63,561 bases of DNA, filler included, from Octopus bimaculoides (GCF_001194135.2; 6 parts of 6 records of this genome joined end to end with filler, not necessarily neighbours in it), one strand, 5' to 3'; counted from the first letter of the whole stretch, positions 1-14,204 are shown. Notes: generated by a model from the sequence alone, not told the origin. Numbers and translations are program-made.

Positions 1-35
1 ATTCTCTTTATATATATAGAGTTATTATATATATA

Positions 36-81
<46 letters not shown>

Positions 82-125
82 ATATATATATATATATATA
101 TAGAGTTATTATATATATATAGAGT

Positions 126-157
<32 letters not shown>

Positions 158-190
158 CACAGAGAGGGAGAGAAAGAGAGAGAGAGAGAG
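1..190. repeat. (TA)n/(GA)n microsatellite (representative)
   Basis: Simple repeats also include (CA)n 3197-3232 and 5998-6195, (GATA)n 8150-8660, (CT)n 9245-9400, (CCAT)n 12240-12370, (TG)n 12450-12630, (GACA)/(GGTA)n 46110-46200, (TTA)n 52050-52130, and (TA)n at most gap edges. Confidence 0.95.
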
Positions 191-271
191 ATGAGAGAGT
201 CAGCTAGAGACTACTTACACATTCATCTTTGTGCATCTTCCTAATTTCCATACATATATAAATGTAAGTGA

Positions 272-545
272 TCAGCGTTCCGTCGGTTACAATGTTGAGG
301 ATGAAAGTCGATCCGACCAGCGGAACAGCCAGCTTATGAAATAAACATACAAATAGCTATACTCACATGCGTACCTTCAAAGTAGTTTTCAGAGTGTGAC
401 AAGGCTGTCCCATTCAACACAGGTACTACAACTGGGTGAATTGGAGAAATGTTAAATAAAGTGTCTTGCTCAAGGAGACATCATGCCGACGGGAATCGAA
501 CTCATGACCTTATAACTGCAAGCCGACTACACAAACAAGTAAGCC
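272..545 (-). mobile_element. tRNA-derived SINE (family C)
   Basis: Reverse strand has a B-box (GAGTTCGATTCC) followed by the common SINE body motif CCTTGAGCAAGACAC. Confidence 0.65.
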
Positions 546-591
546 ACGTATCATCACTAAACTATATATCCATATGAATACATATATATTC

Positions 592-1010
592 TATTCTGCT
601 CTAGGCACAAAGCCCGAAATTTTGGGGCAGTCAATTAGATCGACTCCAGTACGCAACTGGTACTTAATTTATCGACCCCGAAAGGATGAAAAGCAAAGTC
701 GACCTCGGCGGAATTTGAATTCAGAACATAAAGACAGAAGAAATACCGCTAAGTATTTCGCCCGGTGTGCTAACGTTTCTGCTAGCTCCCCGCCTTTGAA
801 TATATATATAATGATTTCTTTATTGCTCACAGGAGGCTAAACATAGAGGGGACAAACAAGGACAGACAAACGGATTAACTCGATTACATTGAATCGACCC
901 CAGTGCGTAACTGGTACTTATTTAATCTACCTCGAAATGATGAAAAGCAAAGTCGCCCACGGCGGAATTTGAACTCAGAAGTTACAGCAGACGTAACATT
1001 TCGCCCTGTG
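592..1010 (-). mobile_element. Two tandem tRNA-derived SINEs (family A)
   Basis: Minus strand GGCGGGGAGCTAGCAGAAACG (A-box), GAATTCAAATTCC (B-box) and body GCTTTTCATCCTTTCGGGGTCGATAAATTAAGTACCAG; the second copy has an alternative 3' module. Confidence 0.85.
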
Positions 1011-1069
1011 TAACTTAGATAACTTAGAACATTTAAATTGGTTTCGGCCATTATCAGTCCAAGCCATGA

Positions 1070-2935
1070 CTAACTCAGTAGCACCACCTAGAAAATCTTT
1101 TAGTTAATTATTTCGGGACACCATGGACCACTCGAGCAGAAAGTTGTTGTTGGTTGAGACGTATCGGGACGCAGGTGGTTTATCCGGTATTTCCTGGAGG
1201 AATTTGTCCCGGTACCATTTCAAAGTTGTGGGGTCTTTCTCTATTTTAATTTCGTTTGGGATAACATTTAAAAGTGCAGGACCATTTCCACTGAAGAAAT
1301 TGTGTCGCAATGTTCTTATGTGATGTGATCGCGACCTTTGTAGGGGACGCATTGCACAGGGGCCTAGTCTTAGGTTAATTGTAAACATAACACTAATATC
1401 ATTTGGATAATGTTGGTGGAATATTGTCCACATAGTGCAGAGAATAAAGCTTCAGCTGTTTAAGTCGAGCCCAATAATCAAGTCCCATCATGCCATTTAT
1501 TTTTTTTGTGATTGATCGTTGTGGCACTTCGATCCTCATTATGTCTAGTTTTTTTGAGGGGGACCATAATGGGCAGCAGTATTCAAAGTGGGGCCTAGCG
1601 AATGTGGAAAAGAGACAGATGATGGTTTCAGGATCCTAGATTGGAAAGTTCTGAGTATCCATGAGCACATTCTGCGGGCAATATCGACTTTTTTGTTGAT
1701 GTGCACACTCCAACTAATGTTGCTGTCGACAGTTACACCTAAGTCTCTGATATTATCCGACGGTCCAAGTAGGTCTCCCAACGGTAGTGTATATGGTTGT
1801 TTGAGTGTTCCCTCTCGTCCAAAGTGGATGAGCTCAAATTTTTCTTCGTTCAACTGCATATTGTTTTTTGTGTGTGTGTGTGTCCACTAGGTTATTGCGC
1901 ATATATCCGATTGAAACATTGTTCGATCATAAGCTCCCTTAATGAATTTCTGGGGCTTAGAGTCATTTGCAAGTATTTTCATGGTGTTATGTTCAATGGA
2001 ATCTGCAATGTCATTGGTATAGACAATAAAAGGAAGTGGACCCAGCACAGTACTCTGCGGGACTCCGCTGATGACTTTTGCTGGTCTTGAATGGATGCCA
2101 TCAACCACAAGGTGGGTCCTGTTTGTTAGGAAATAGCTAATCCATTGAAGTTGCTTTCCACCGACTCCAGCGCTGGATAGTTTCTTTAACAGTATATTGT
2201 GGTCGACTCTATCAAAGGCCTTGCTGAAATCAAGGTATATGTCATCCGCGTTGGAACCATCACTTAGTGCATTTAAGATGTCATCAAAGTGGTGAGGGAC
2301 CTGTGTTAGACAGTCCCTCCCACCACGAAAGCCAAGCTGGTTGCAATTTAGGAGATGATTTTGTTCTAGGAAGGCTCTTATTCGTGATCTCAACACTCTC
2401 TCAAATATTTTAATGATATGTGAGGTACGTGAGATTGAACGGTAGTTTATAGGGAGCGATTTATTCCCCTTTTTAAAGATAGGAGCGACTAACTAGAAGA
2501 GAAGATTTTGAGGGATAAAACCGGTATTCAGTGATTTCCTTCAGAAATTTGCAAGAGGAGCTGCAAGTTGCTGTCTGCATTCCTTCAGCACTCTAGCAAA
2601 GGGAACCTGTCCGGTCCCACTACTGAATCAGATTTGATTTCTTTTATTGCTGCTAGGATATCAGTGGCGTCGAAGGTTATGTCAGAAAGGACATGTTGCG
2701 AAGACAGAGCAGTATTGACTTTGCAGGATCTCAGCCATATCTTTGGCATCATTGTGAAGGATGCCGTTTCCGTCAGCCAGTGGGCTGATTGACGAAACTG
2801 TGGTCCTATGTGTTTTTGCAAAGGATTAAATGACCCTAGGATTATTCTTGAAGATTTTAATAACCCAGGCTTCTTTGTAGCTCTTTGGTCGTTTATGAGG
2901 GTTCTCATACAGTCCTGCCTTTGAATACATATACA
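1070..2935 (-). mobile_element. CR1-group LINE, decayed ORF2 (RT and C-terminus)
   Basis: ORFs 1887-2396 (YLDFSKAFDRVDH, SGVPQSTVLGP, degenerate FADD), 1545-1859 (RDLGVTVD), 2585-2908 and 1104-1433 lie in different frames, so the element is frameshifted. Confidence 0.9.
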
Positions 2936-3196
2936 TTATTAGACGTCTTTATCTCTTCTGAATTCTTCTAGCCATTGACAAATTTTGATTTTTGTACTGT
3001 AGGGTGTTGAAAATCACTATCGTCACTATGTTGGCTTTGTGAAGTGGTTAGTTTAGTCGCTAACAATCTGGTCACGAAACGGTTTATTGGGATACACGTT
3101 ATCGCAAGAATTCATAGGCTTCCTTTCCTAAACATATCTATTCATACGTACACAGATGCGTTCATACACTCAAGCGTATAGAAATACGCGCGCGCG

Positions 3197-3234
<38 letters not shown>

Positions 3235-3649
3235 TTTAAGATCTCTTCCCTGAATACATAGGCTCGCCTCATCCTATGTTAAATGAATCCATACGGTCGC
3301 ATTCTCTGATAGAATTAATCTACAAGCATTATTAGAGATCGCCGAGCCCCCGGTAACAGCTGTTGGTTTTGTAATACCTTTCTTCCACTCCTTAACTTTC
3401 TATGTCATTTCTACTCTGTGTAAGTTGAACCTTTTTATATGTATACCTATATACATATTTTGTATTTCAGAGAAGTAAATAAAAGGATAAGCAAGTTAGG
3501 CTGGTCAATATACAAAGTATATAAAATACATGAAATACAAAAAATGTATGTATGTTTACATACGAAAAAGTCCGACTTACACAGAATAGAAATGATATCC
3601 CGAATTAAGGAGGTTGAATAAAATTATTACAAATCCAACATTTCGCATT

Positions 3650-3855
3650 TCATGTATTTATTCTACTTTATATATTGATGTGTCTACTTTGCTTATCCAC
3701 ACAATTGCTTCTATACCTGCTCAACCTGAACCCTCTTATGCCTTTCTTTACCTTGTGGAATATCCCCTGTAAAGATATCGGAGTCTAAGTTTGGATCTTT
3801 TGAGTTCTACATAGTGTACTCTATACGGAGGATATCTGGATCTCATCTGTGAACG
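3650..3855 (+). repeat. Unclassified dispersed repeat, second copy at about 24010-24210
   Basis: Shared motifs ctgctcaac, cccctgtaaaga(t/c)atcggagtctaagttt and catctgtgaac at both sites. Confidence 0.6.
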
Positions 3856-4740
3856 ATACTCGCGCAAAAATGTAAATTATAAATTGTATATTTATACATG
3901 TGTATTCAGCTGGTTATTGTTTTAGCGAAAATAATTGAAAATAGATATAAGCAAAAACTCACAATAATATAAGACACTTCCATGTTCTTATATGTTCATT
4001 ATTCTCAACATTAATACTGTGAATAATGCTAGCTGCGAACAATGTGAGCAATGTCAAAAATGAAACAATGTCAAGATAAAACAATGTTAATGCTGTCAAA
4101 AGAAACACGCTAAACAGTGTAAACGTAATCAAGATGAACAATGTCGATATAAAGAAGTATTACATAAATTATAAGCGAAAATTTATGCCGAAAGCTAAGC
4201 TTGCATATTGTGAATACATTGTGAATAAATGTGTAGGCGGAAACTCTAAAGATATCCGTCTTGTTCTGGGGGTCTCAAACACGCTCTGTATATTATCATA
4301 TTCACTGTCATCTGCTGAATATTGGGTTATTGTTCTGTAGTTGGTTTCATTCTGAATTTATCTAATATGTACATGACACACACACACACATACACACACA
4401 CACACATACACACACACACGACACAATTATATCAACTTGGGAAGTACAAAGTTTGGTGTATTGTATTTAAAACAGTTTGTTACAGAACGAATTATCTCTG
4501 CGTATTAGGTCTTCTGTTATAAGTGAGACAAAACAAGAAGCAGATAAATTATTAAGGGTTGATATAAGCAAAGAAAAGCACTGTTCTTATGACCCATTTT
4601 TTAAACCAGGAAAACATTTAAAGAATGAAATCAACACGAACAACTAGATGTAGATCCAGAATACATAGCAAACATATCAGCCTAAACTATTTTACTAAAA
4701 TAGTGTACCAACATTCATTGAAATACACAGAAAAAAATAT

Positions 4741-5415
4741 CCATAAATATTGGTTTCAATTATTGGTACGGGGCCATCAATTTCGAGAAAGGGTGCAAGT
4801 CGATGATATCAACCCCAGATCGAAAGGACAAAAGGCAAAGTCGACCTGGGCGGAATAGGGATTCAGAACGTAAAAACGGATGATATGATACTAAGCGTTG
4901 TACCCGGTGTGGTAACAATACTGCCAGGTCCATCTTCAATTGCTACATGAAGATATTAGCTTCAAATTTTGTCACAAGTTCATCAATGCTGGGAAAGGAT
5001 GTAAGTCTATTACATCGACCCCAATGCTTAGTTGGAATTTATTTTATCGACTCCGTAAAAAACGAAAGGCAAGTTGACCCCGGCGGAATTTGAACTCAGA
5101 ACTTAAAGACGGACGAAATGCCGCTAAGCATTTTGCCCGACGCTGCAATATTTTCACCAGCTTGCCGCCTTAATTTCTATAAATATTGGTTTCGAATTTT
5201 GGCACAAAGCCAGCAATTTCGGGAAAGGGCGTAAGTTGATTACATCGACCCCAAGTACTTAACTAGTACTTAATTTATCGACCCCGAAATGACGAAAGGC
5301 AAAGCTGACCTCGGTGGAATTTGAACTCAGAGCTTAAAGATGGACGAAATATCGCTTAAAGATGGACAAATAGCAATTTTCCCGGCGCGGTAACGTTTCT
5401 CCCAGCTCACCGCCT
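4741..5415 (-). mobile_element. Tandem trimer of SINE family A
   Basis: Three head-to-tail copies, each with cggaatttgaactcag-like B-box complement and atcgacccc motif; ataaatattggtttc recurs at the junctions. Confidence 0.85.
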
Positions 5416-5995
5416 TAACGTCCATAAATATTAATACCCATAAATATTAATTCGGTTCACTCACCGAAATTTATATTAATTTAAGGGTTTAGTATAATTT
5501 GCAAGAGAAATCAAGTAACAAATTTATTAAATAGACAAGAAAAATCATTTGAAAGATAAATCAAATATATCCGATTCCGTATCATTGAATGAGAAGAAAG
5601 CCGAATGGAAAGAAAGCTTGTCCTGTTAGTGATCCAACTCTCAAGAGAATTCTCCAATATCGAAACAGCTTGATTTCCATACCATTACGCACAGCATCAG
5701 CTTTTAGTTTATCAATGACGATGTATATTGAGAGAGGTAAGACGGAACATATACTTTGGTTATCAGCATACATGACTTCAAGTGTATGGATAGCGCATAA
5801 ACTTTTTACATAGATATGTCTTTCTCTTCGCTTGTCTGTCTGCCTCACTCTTCCCCCCCCCCCACCTTTTTTTTTTACTCAGTCTATAATTTATTATTAT
5901 TTTTTTATCTTTAGTTTATGTATATGATCCATGAATGTGATAAGAAATTTTCTTGCCGAACTAATTCACTGTTCTACCCTTACATGTCATTTATT

Positions 5996-6038
<43 letters not shown>

Positions 6039-7769
6039 ACACACACGTGCCAACACATATACACACAAAGACATTACGCACACGGACACACAAACACACA
6101 CAGACACGCCCACAGATACACACACGGACATAGAGAAACATACACACATAAATACACACCCCCGCAGATACACACACACACACACACAACACACACGTTT
6201 AGATAGATAGACTGAAAGATAAATAGATAGATAGATACATGAAAGGATATATATATATATATACATGTATACTTAAATAGACTTCACTTCTTCGAACTCG
6301 AGAGTATGAGAGACAAAGATAACGTCGACGAGATTTGAACTCAGAGTGTAAAGAGTGAAAATAAATGATGCTAAGCCTTTCGTATGACGTGCTAAGGAAT
6401 CAACATTTCTTTCGTTAGATACAGAGTGAATCGAAGGTTGCATTTACATGAGGAAATAAGATAAAATGCTGCTTTAAGTGAACATACAGACATGCATACA
6501 CACATGCATGCATACACACATACATACATACATACATACATGCTAACTGGTGAAGTAAAAACACAATCTGTAAGCGAATAAAAAAAAATATGTGCAAGGC
6601 ATTTCTCAAATACAAAATGCGAATTTGTTTTCGTTATCTACATTCCAACAATGAATCATTGTATTTTTGTTAGAAACCAGCTCCTTCCTTTCAGGAAGAT
6701 TTCAAATAATTACATAAAGAAGAGAACCGACAGATATACATATATATGCATAGACACATAGCTACATACATACATAAAATACTTACATTATATATATATG
6801 TATATATATATACACACACACAGATATATATATATATATATATATATANNNNNNNNNNNNNNNNNNNNNNNNNNNNNNNNNNNNNNNNNNNNNNNNNNNN
6901 NNNNNNNNNNNNNNNNNNNNNNNNNNNNNNNNNNNNNNNNNNNNNNNNNNNNNNNNNNNNNNNNNNNNNNNNNNNNNNNNNNNNNNNNNNNNNNNNNNNN
7001 NNNNNNNNNNNNNNNNNNNNNNNNNNNNNNNNNNNNNNNNNNNNNNNNNNNNNNNNNNNNNNNNNNNNNNNNNNNNNNNNNNNNNNNNNNNNNNNNNNNN
7101 NNNNNNNNNNNNNNNNNNNNNNNNNNNNNNNNNNNNNNNNNNNNNNNNNNNNNNNNNNNNNNNNNNNNNNNNNNNNNNNNNNNNNNNNNNNNNNNNNNNN
7201 NNNNNNNNNNNNNNNNNNNNNNNNNNNNNNNNNNNNNNNNNNNNNNNNNNNNNNNNNNNNNNNNNNNNNNNNNNNNNNNNNNNNNNNNNNNNNNNNNNNN
7301 NNNNNNNNNNNNNNNNNNNNNNNNNNNNNNNNNNNNNNNNNNNNNNNNNNNNNNNNNNNNNNNNNNNNNNNNNNNNNNNNNNNNNNNNNNNNNNNNNNNN
7401 NNNNNNNNNNNNNNNNNNNNNNNNNNNNNNNNNNNNNNNNNNNNNNNNNNNNNNNNNNNNNNNNNNNNNNNNNNNNNNNNNNNNNNNNNNNNNNNNNNNN
7501 NNNNNNNNNNNNNNNNNNNNNNNNNNNNNNNNNNNNNNNNNNNNNNNNNNNNNNNNNNNNNNNNNNNNNNNNNNNNNNNNNNNNNNNNNNNNNNNNNNNN
7601 NNNNNNNNNNNNNNNNNNNNNNNNNNNNNNNNNNNNNNNNNNNNNNNNNNNNNNNNNNNNNNNNNNNNNNNNNNNNNNNNNNNNNNNNNNNNNNNNNNNN
7701 NNNNNNNNNNNNNNNNNNNNNNNNNNNNNNNNNNNNNNNNNNNNNNNNNNNNNNNNNNNNNNNNNNNNN

Positions 7770-7812
<43 letters not shown>

Positions 7813-8148
7813 AGTAGTCGGGGGCATGACTTTGCATAATTCAGAGAAAGATTGATGTAAGCAATAAATTCTTCATTTATTGAAATTTCTTTAATGAAAG
7901 AAATGCTTACATACATACGTACATGCAGTCATACATACATACATATAAACGAGAGTGTGTATATATGCCTTTATAAAAGCGTGTATGTATGCATGCGTTC
8001 ATGTTTTGTGACTGTATATATGTACATGTATGTACGCGTGAATGTGTGTATATATATATATATATGTAAATTTTGATATATGTATAAAAATATATGATTA
8101 TATGCGTGCATGTGTTTGTATATATATAGATCGGTTAACAGATAAGGC

Positions 8149-8187
<39 letters not shown>

Positions 8188-8358
8188 GGATAGATAGATA
8201 GATAAATAGATAGCTATAAAAATAAGCTGGATAGATTGATAGATACTTAGATAGATAAACAGATATATTATATTATTCTAAATTCCCTAAAGGAAATTAA
8301 TCTATCCACAACGTTTAAGTATGATATCGATATATATATATATATATGATATATTTAC

Positions 8359-8411
<53 letters not shown>

Positions 8412-8426
8412 NNNNNNNNNNAAGAA

Positions 8427-8457
<31 letters not shown>

Positions 8458-8543
8458 CTCATATTTTTGCGTATGAATGTGCATGTATGTGTGTGTGTAT
8501 GTAAATAGATAGACAGATAGATAGATATATATAAGTATATAAG

Positions 8544-8586
<43 letters not shown>

Positions 8587-8602
8587 ATAGATATATAGAT
8601 AG

Positions 8603-8633
<31 letters not shown>

Positions 8634-9516
8634 GATAGATAGATAGAAAGATAGATAAATTTATAGCTTTCTATGCTTTAGCTGCATGTCAGAGATTTCT
8701 TGTGTTTTCTCATTAGCCCTTTTCTTTCTTAATTATGCAAATCATCATTCTCTAAAATACACACAACCGTCTTTCTTACAAACCAAAATCTATTTATTGA
8801 TCTGCTTGCAGGATTAAACTAAAGATTTGACGAAGTCGAACAAGTTAAAGCCTGTATATACAGTAATTCTGTTTCTTCTAAGACCATATTTGCCTCCGGT
8901 ATGTGCACAGGAATTCGAAATTCATCGAAATCCTCAAAATTCAATTAAAATTATTGTTACTCACTCTGTGACGGTTATAACGTACCAATTTGATTTACAT
9001 ATTTTGGATTGACAGAGTGATTCCTTAATAATTCAACAAAGTATAACTAGACATACTTGGTTTAATCAAAATGTATAACATTCACACTGCTATTCCATGA
9101 ATTTGCTCTTCCTGTGGCTTCCTGTTCCGGGGACAGCTTTCGTTTTTATCCATCCAAAAACGGGTTTTCAACCGAATTTTTACATGCTATTCTTTATAGC
9201 TTTTTTTCAGTGCTTTGAAATATTGGACATAAGAAGTTGTTCACTCTGTCTCTGTCTGTCTCTCTCTCTCTATCTCTCTCTCCCTCTCTCTCTCTCTCAG
9301 CCTCTCTCTCAGCCTCTCTCTCTCTCTCTCAGTCTCTCTCTCTCTCTCTCAGTCTCTCTCTCTCTCTCAGTCTCTCTCTCTGTCACGAGAGAGAGAGAGA
9401 GTTTATAATACACCTAAGAGTTGGACATANNNNNNNNNNNNNNNNNNNNNNNNNNNNNNNNNNNNNNNNNNNNNNNNNNNNNNNNNNNNNNNNNNNNNNN
9501 NNNNNNNNNNNNNNNN

Positions 9517-10704
9517 TTTTATTGCACAATGCGTCTCCATCTTTCCTTTAACTTGAAAATATTTTCTTCCCACAATTGAGGTGGTTTCATGGCAAAGAAT
9601 TCATCAAGGTATCTCTTTACGTCATCCAAGGAATTGAAATTTTTTACCATTAAAACTATTCTGCAGAGACCTGAGTAAGTGGAAATCCGAAGAGAAATAT
9701 CTGGTGAATATGGAGGGTGGGGGCAACACATCCCAGCCGAGCTGCAGCAATTTTTGTCTGGTTCCCAAAGAAACGTGCGGTCTTGCATTATCATGTTGGA
9801 AAATAACACCCTTCCTGTTGGCCAATTCTGGACGTTTCTCTTGAATTGCTGCTTTTAACTCGTCCAGTTGTGTGCAGTATTTCTCAGAATTAATTGTCAG
9901 GTTACTTGGGAGAAGCTCATAGTACAGAATTCCTTTAGAATACCAACAGACACAAAACAAGACTTTTTTAGGTTGAAGACTCGCTTTTGGGGTGGCCAAG
10001 CGATCATGTCGCTTACTCCAGGATCGCTTTCTCTGAACATTTCGGTAGATAATCCATTTCTCATCACCTGTCACAATTTGCTTTAAAACAGGCCCGTTTT
10101 CATTCCGTTTATAAAGTGAATCAGAGATGGAAAGCGATCCAAAAGGTTCTTCTCACTCAACTCAAGTGGTATCCAAACATCGTAGCGATTTGTGTACCCA
10201 GGCTTTACCAGTTGCTCATGAACGGCGGATTTTGATAGATTGAGGCTTTCTGTCAATTCTTGGGTTGTGCAATGTGGGTTATTCTCAATTAATGACTTGA
10301 TTTGGTCATCAACTGTAGTGGATGGTCTGCCCGATCGCTCTGTATCAATAAGGCTACAATCTCCAACTCGGAACCTAGCGAACCACTTCCATACAGTTCC
10401 TTCAGATAAAGAAACAACACTGTAAACTGCGCATATTTCTTTGGTTGCTTGTGAGGCATTTTTCCCTTTACGGAAAAAGAAAAGCATCAAGTGGCGAAAA
10501 TGAACTTTCTTATCTTCCATTTTAAAGGGTTACAGAATTAACATAGGTTATAGGAACATAAACCTTCTTTCACGAAAAGATAGCTTAAATTGTGCTCTAA
10601 ATAGAAGTGAAATCAAATCTTATTTTATGGACTCGAGCATCTTCTAAAATAAGTCGAAAGGGATGCTACTATAAATCGGCACGAACTTTCCGGACAACCC
10701 AATA
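9517..10704 (-). mobile_element. Mariner (DD34D) transposon, near full length, frameshifted
   Basis: 5' TIR TATTGGGTTGTCCGGAAAGTTCGTGCCG ending at 10704. ORFs 10083-10520 (MEDKKVHFRHLMLFFFRKGKNASQA, HTH), 9622-10074 (TGDEKW, HDNARPH) and 9519-9809 (YSPD). The 3' TIR would fall in N gap 9430-9516. Confidence 0.93.
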
Positions 10705-10719
10705 TATTATATATATATA

Positions 10720-10880
10720 TAATGAAAAGTAGAAACAAAACAATGAGACCTCGATATTAGGTAAATAGAGGGTTATCTATATATGTATAGTTTAAGACAA
10801 TCAGTAATTTGTCATTATAGTACTCAGTTTCAAATGCTGGAGCGAAGAGCTACGATGAATTCTCGTCGACTATTAATGGC
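10720..10880 (-). ncRNA. Candidate minimal type I hammerhead-like motif (10817-10874) in a repeat tail
   Basis: Minus strand ATAG-UCGACGA-GAAU..AUUU-GAA-ACUgAGU-A-CUAU: correct topology, but the core differs at two positions from CUGANGA. Confidence 0.35.
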
Positions 10881-10921
10881 TGTGTTGTAAGTACATATAT
10901 GTATATATGCATATATATATA

Positions 10922-10965
<44 letters not shown>

Positions 10966-11615
10966 NNNNNNNNNNNNNNNNNNNNNNNNNNNNNNNNNNN
11001 NNNNNNNNNNNNNNNNNNNNNNNNNNNNNNNNNNNNNNNNNNNNNNNNNNNNNNNNNNNNNNNNNNNNNNNNNNNNNNNNNNNNNNNNNNNNNNNNNNNN
11101 NNNNNNNNNNNNNNNNNNNNNNNNNNNNNNNNNNNNNNNNNNNNNNNNNNNNNNNNNNNNNNNNNNNNNNNNNNNNNNNNNNNNNNNNNNNNNNNNNNNN
11201 NNNNNNNNNNNNNNNNNNNNNNNNNNNNNNNNNNNNNNNNNNNNNNNNNNNNNNNNNNNNNNNNNNNNNNNNNNNNNNNNNNNNNNNNNNNNNNNNNNNN
11301 NNNNNNNNNNNNNNNNNNNNNNNNNNNNNNNNNNNNNNNNNNNNNNNNNNNNNNNNNNNNNNNNNNNNNNNNNNNNNNNNNNNNNNNNNNNNNNNNNNNN
11401 NNNNNNNNNNNNNNNNNNNNNNNNNNNNNNNNNNNNNNNNNNNNNNNNNNNNNNNNNNNNNNNNNNNNNNNNNNNNNNNNNNNNNNNNNNNNNNNNNNNN
11501 NNNNNNNNNNNNNNNNNNNNNNNNNNNNNNNNNNNNNNNNNNNNNNNNNNNNNNNNNNNNNNNNNNNNNNNNNNNNNNNNNNNNNNNNNNNNNNNNNNNN
11601 NNNNNNNNNNNNNNN

Positions 11616-11659
<44 letters not shown>

Positions 11660-12539
11660 TATATATGTATATATACACAATCATACTAAGATACGTAAAC
11701 ATACACCTATATATGCATATATATATTTTTATGCATATATACCCAAACACATACATACAAATCTACATACAAACTCACATACGCGCACACGCACACACAT
11801 GCACAAACGCACGCACATATATTATACAAGTAGCTTGAGAGATAGATAGGTTTATATCTTTTCAGATATAACACAACTTTTACCACTATAAATTATCAAA
11901 TCTTAAAAACTGCTTCTTTACATCAATGATCGCTACAGAAAAAAAAAATGAAAGATTAACAAGAGAAACAGAAAAAAATCAAAAAGCGAACTCTGTTAAG
12001 ATATTTTAGGTAACGCAGACAAATACAATCCCTTGTGGTTCAGATTATGCATAATGTGGTAACATCTCCCTTTTCCACACCTCTGGTGGATATTTTCGAA
12101 GAAATTACAAAAGACAGCTACCTTGGGAAGCAAATGGCTTTTAATTACTTTGAATCATATTTTCTTCCACTTGGCATATTTCAACAATCAATGCAGCGTT
12201 ATTTACTCAAAAAAAAAAAAAAATCATCCATGCATCTATCCATACATATCCCTTCATCCATCCATCCATCCATCCATTCATAACCCCTTCCCTCCCTTCC
12301 TCCAACCATCCATCCATCCATCCATCCATCTATCCATTCAGCTATCCAGCCAACCAGCCAGCCATTCATCTGACAACCGTTCATCCAGCCGTAGTCGTAC
12401 GAATACTTACGTATCATCATACAAACGCAAGCATAATCAAATCAATGTGAGTTGTGTGTGTGTGTGTTTGTGTGTGGTGTTTGTGTGTGTGTGTGTGTAT
12501 GTGTGTGTGTGTTTGTGTGTTATGTTTGTGTGTAGTGTT

Positions 12540-12579
<40 letters not shown>

Positions 12580-12791
12580 TGTGTGATGTTTGTGTGTGGT
12601 GTTTGTATGTGTGTGTGTGTGTGTATGTGTATGACTGGCATCAGGAAATTACAAAACGAACAGCCTGAAGACCATATAATTTTTTGCCATCGCTCTAGAC
12701 AGATATGTATAACAATGTATTTCGAAATTTAAAGCTACAATATTTTAAAATTCTTTTTCTCTTTTATTTTACAACATTTACATAAAAAAAA

Positions 12792-12891
12792 NNNNNNNNN
12801 NNNNNNNNNNNNNNNNNNNNNNNNNNNNNNNNNNNTTAATTAATTAANNNNNNNNNNNNNNNNNNNNNNNNNNNNNNNNNNNNNNNNNNNN
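12792..12891. other. Artificial assembly spacer
   Basis: 44 N + TTAATTAATTAA + 44 N. Confidence 0.95.
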
Positions 12892-13085
12892 GCGGGTGAC
12901 ACGTAAAAGCACCCACTACACTCTCTGAGTGGTTGGCGTTAGGAAGGGCATCCAGCTGTAGAAACTCTGCCAAATTAGATTGGAGCCTGGTGTTGCCATC
13001 CGGTTTCACCAGTCCTCAGTCAAATCGTCCAACCCATGCTAGCATGGAAAGCGGACGTTAAACGATGATGATGATGATGATGATG
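12892..13085 (+). mobile_element. RTE LINE 3' tail ending in (GAT)n
   Basis: Nearly identical to 55430-55618 at the end of the RTE element. Confidence 0.9.
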
Positions 13086-14204
13086 AACCCTCTTCCAGCA
13101 CATTCAGCTATAAAATCAGTGGCACAACAGAGGTTGAGATGATCAGAAACCAACTGCATCTCAGGTTTTTTTTTTTTTTCATGCAAGTTCACCTTCTCAC
13201 AGAAGGAAGTTGAAATGAAAATTAGAGGTCCTTTACTCTCAGTGTTTAACATTTTAGTTAATTCATAGCTGGGATTGTAACAGGTGGTTCCGCATACAAT
13301 CTGTAATACAATACATATGTACTCTACAGAGTACATTGTAATTAGTCTTAATAAAGTAGTGTCTTGCCAAAACAGGCCAACAAAGATTCATAAAATTATG
13401 AATTATTTGGTGCTGTAATGCCTCGGGTCTATAGAATGAAAGAATAAACTGAATGAGCTAACCTCTGATATACTGTACCAAGAAAATATACAGGTTTTTT
13501 ACCCTTCAACACATTTTCTACCGTAGAGCATTTTGTTTCAAGAACTTTATCTTTCATCTTCATCAAACAGTGTAAATTGACAGAACCCTTCTTTAACCAG
13601 GTCTCAGGTGTTGAGTACAAGATTACAAGATTGCCCAAAATATATAACTAGGGGGAAGAAAACAAACAAAAATGACTTTGAAAAATCTTTGTATATGTGT
13701 GTGATGGTAACTCACTTAGAAAACAACCCTATTAGAGATGTGAGTTCAAGTCTCATGGCTGGCTGGTAACGTATTTTTCTGCATTATATGGATAATTTAT
13801 CCTGATCACGCTATTTATAGCATTATCATGCGTTTGAGAAATAAATTTATTTCTGTATCTTACAATACATCTCAATGCTTCTAAAGACAAACTTTGTTTA
13901 CTTTCATCGTAAAGTTGAATTTAACTCTATTAAGTACTGAAGAGCAATGAAACCCAGAGTGTTGAGTGTATAGGTGAAATTTGCATTTGATAGTTGAATT
14001 TTGATAATATATTTCATTGTTTAAAGGTTTAGCTTAGTATTTTATCAATATTCCCAATCTGAACTGATGAATTAGTTGTTTATAATGCTCTACATCTCTA
14101 ATGACCAAAATCTAGGAGATGAGCTCTGAGGAATTGGTTCCTTACTCCTAGAAGCTTAAAGACTACTCTACATTTGCCAAATGATCTTGTTCTATCATAT
14201 ATTA

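Noticed and set aside
5918-6266. His/Thr, Cys/Val, Tyr/Ile and Ser/Leu-rich ORFs (also 12417-12732, 52363-52968, 60933-61912)
   Set aside because: These are translations of (CA)n, (TG)n, (TA)n and (CT)n repeats.
6691-7855. Long ORFs of 200-380 aa in the ORF track (also 10830-11849, 26736-27735, 41849-42759, 43555-44403, 56177-56968, 62119-63119)
   Set aside because: They run through N gaps (X residues) and TA microsatellites; there is no coding evidence.
8812-8897. Candidate exon with good AG and GTATGT sites
   Set aside because: All three frames contain stops and no homology was recognised.
12035-12283. 82-aa ORF MVQIMHNVVTSPF...
   Set aside because: No recognisable domain or donor site; it runs into poly-A and (CCAT)n.
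13058-13638. Two minus-strand ORFs that looked transposase-like
   Set aside because: No diagnostic motif could be matched; left unannotated.
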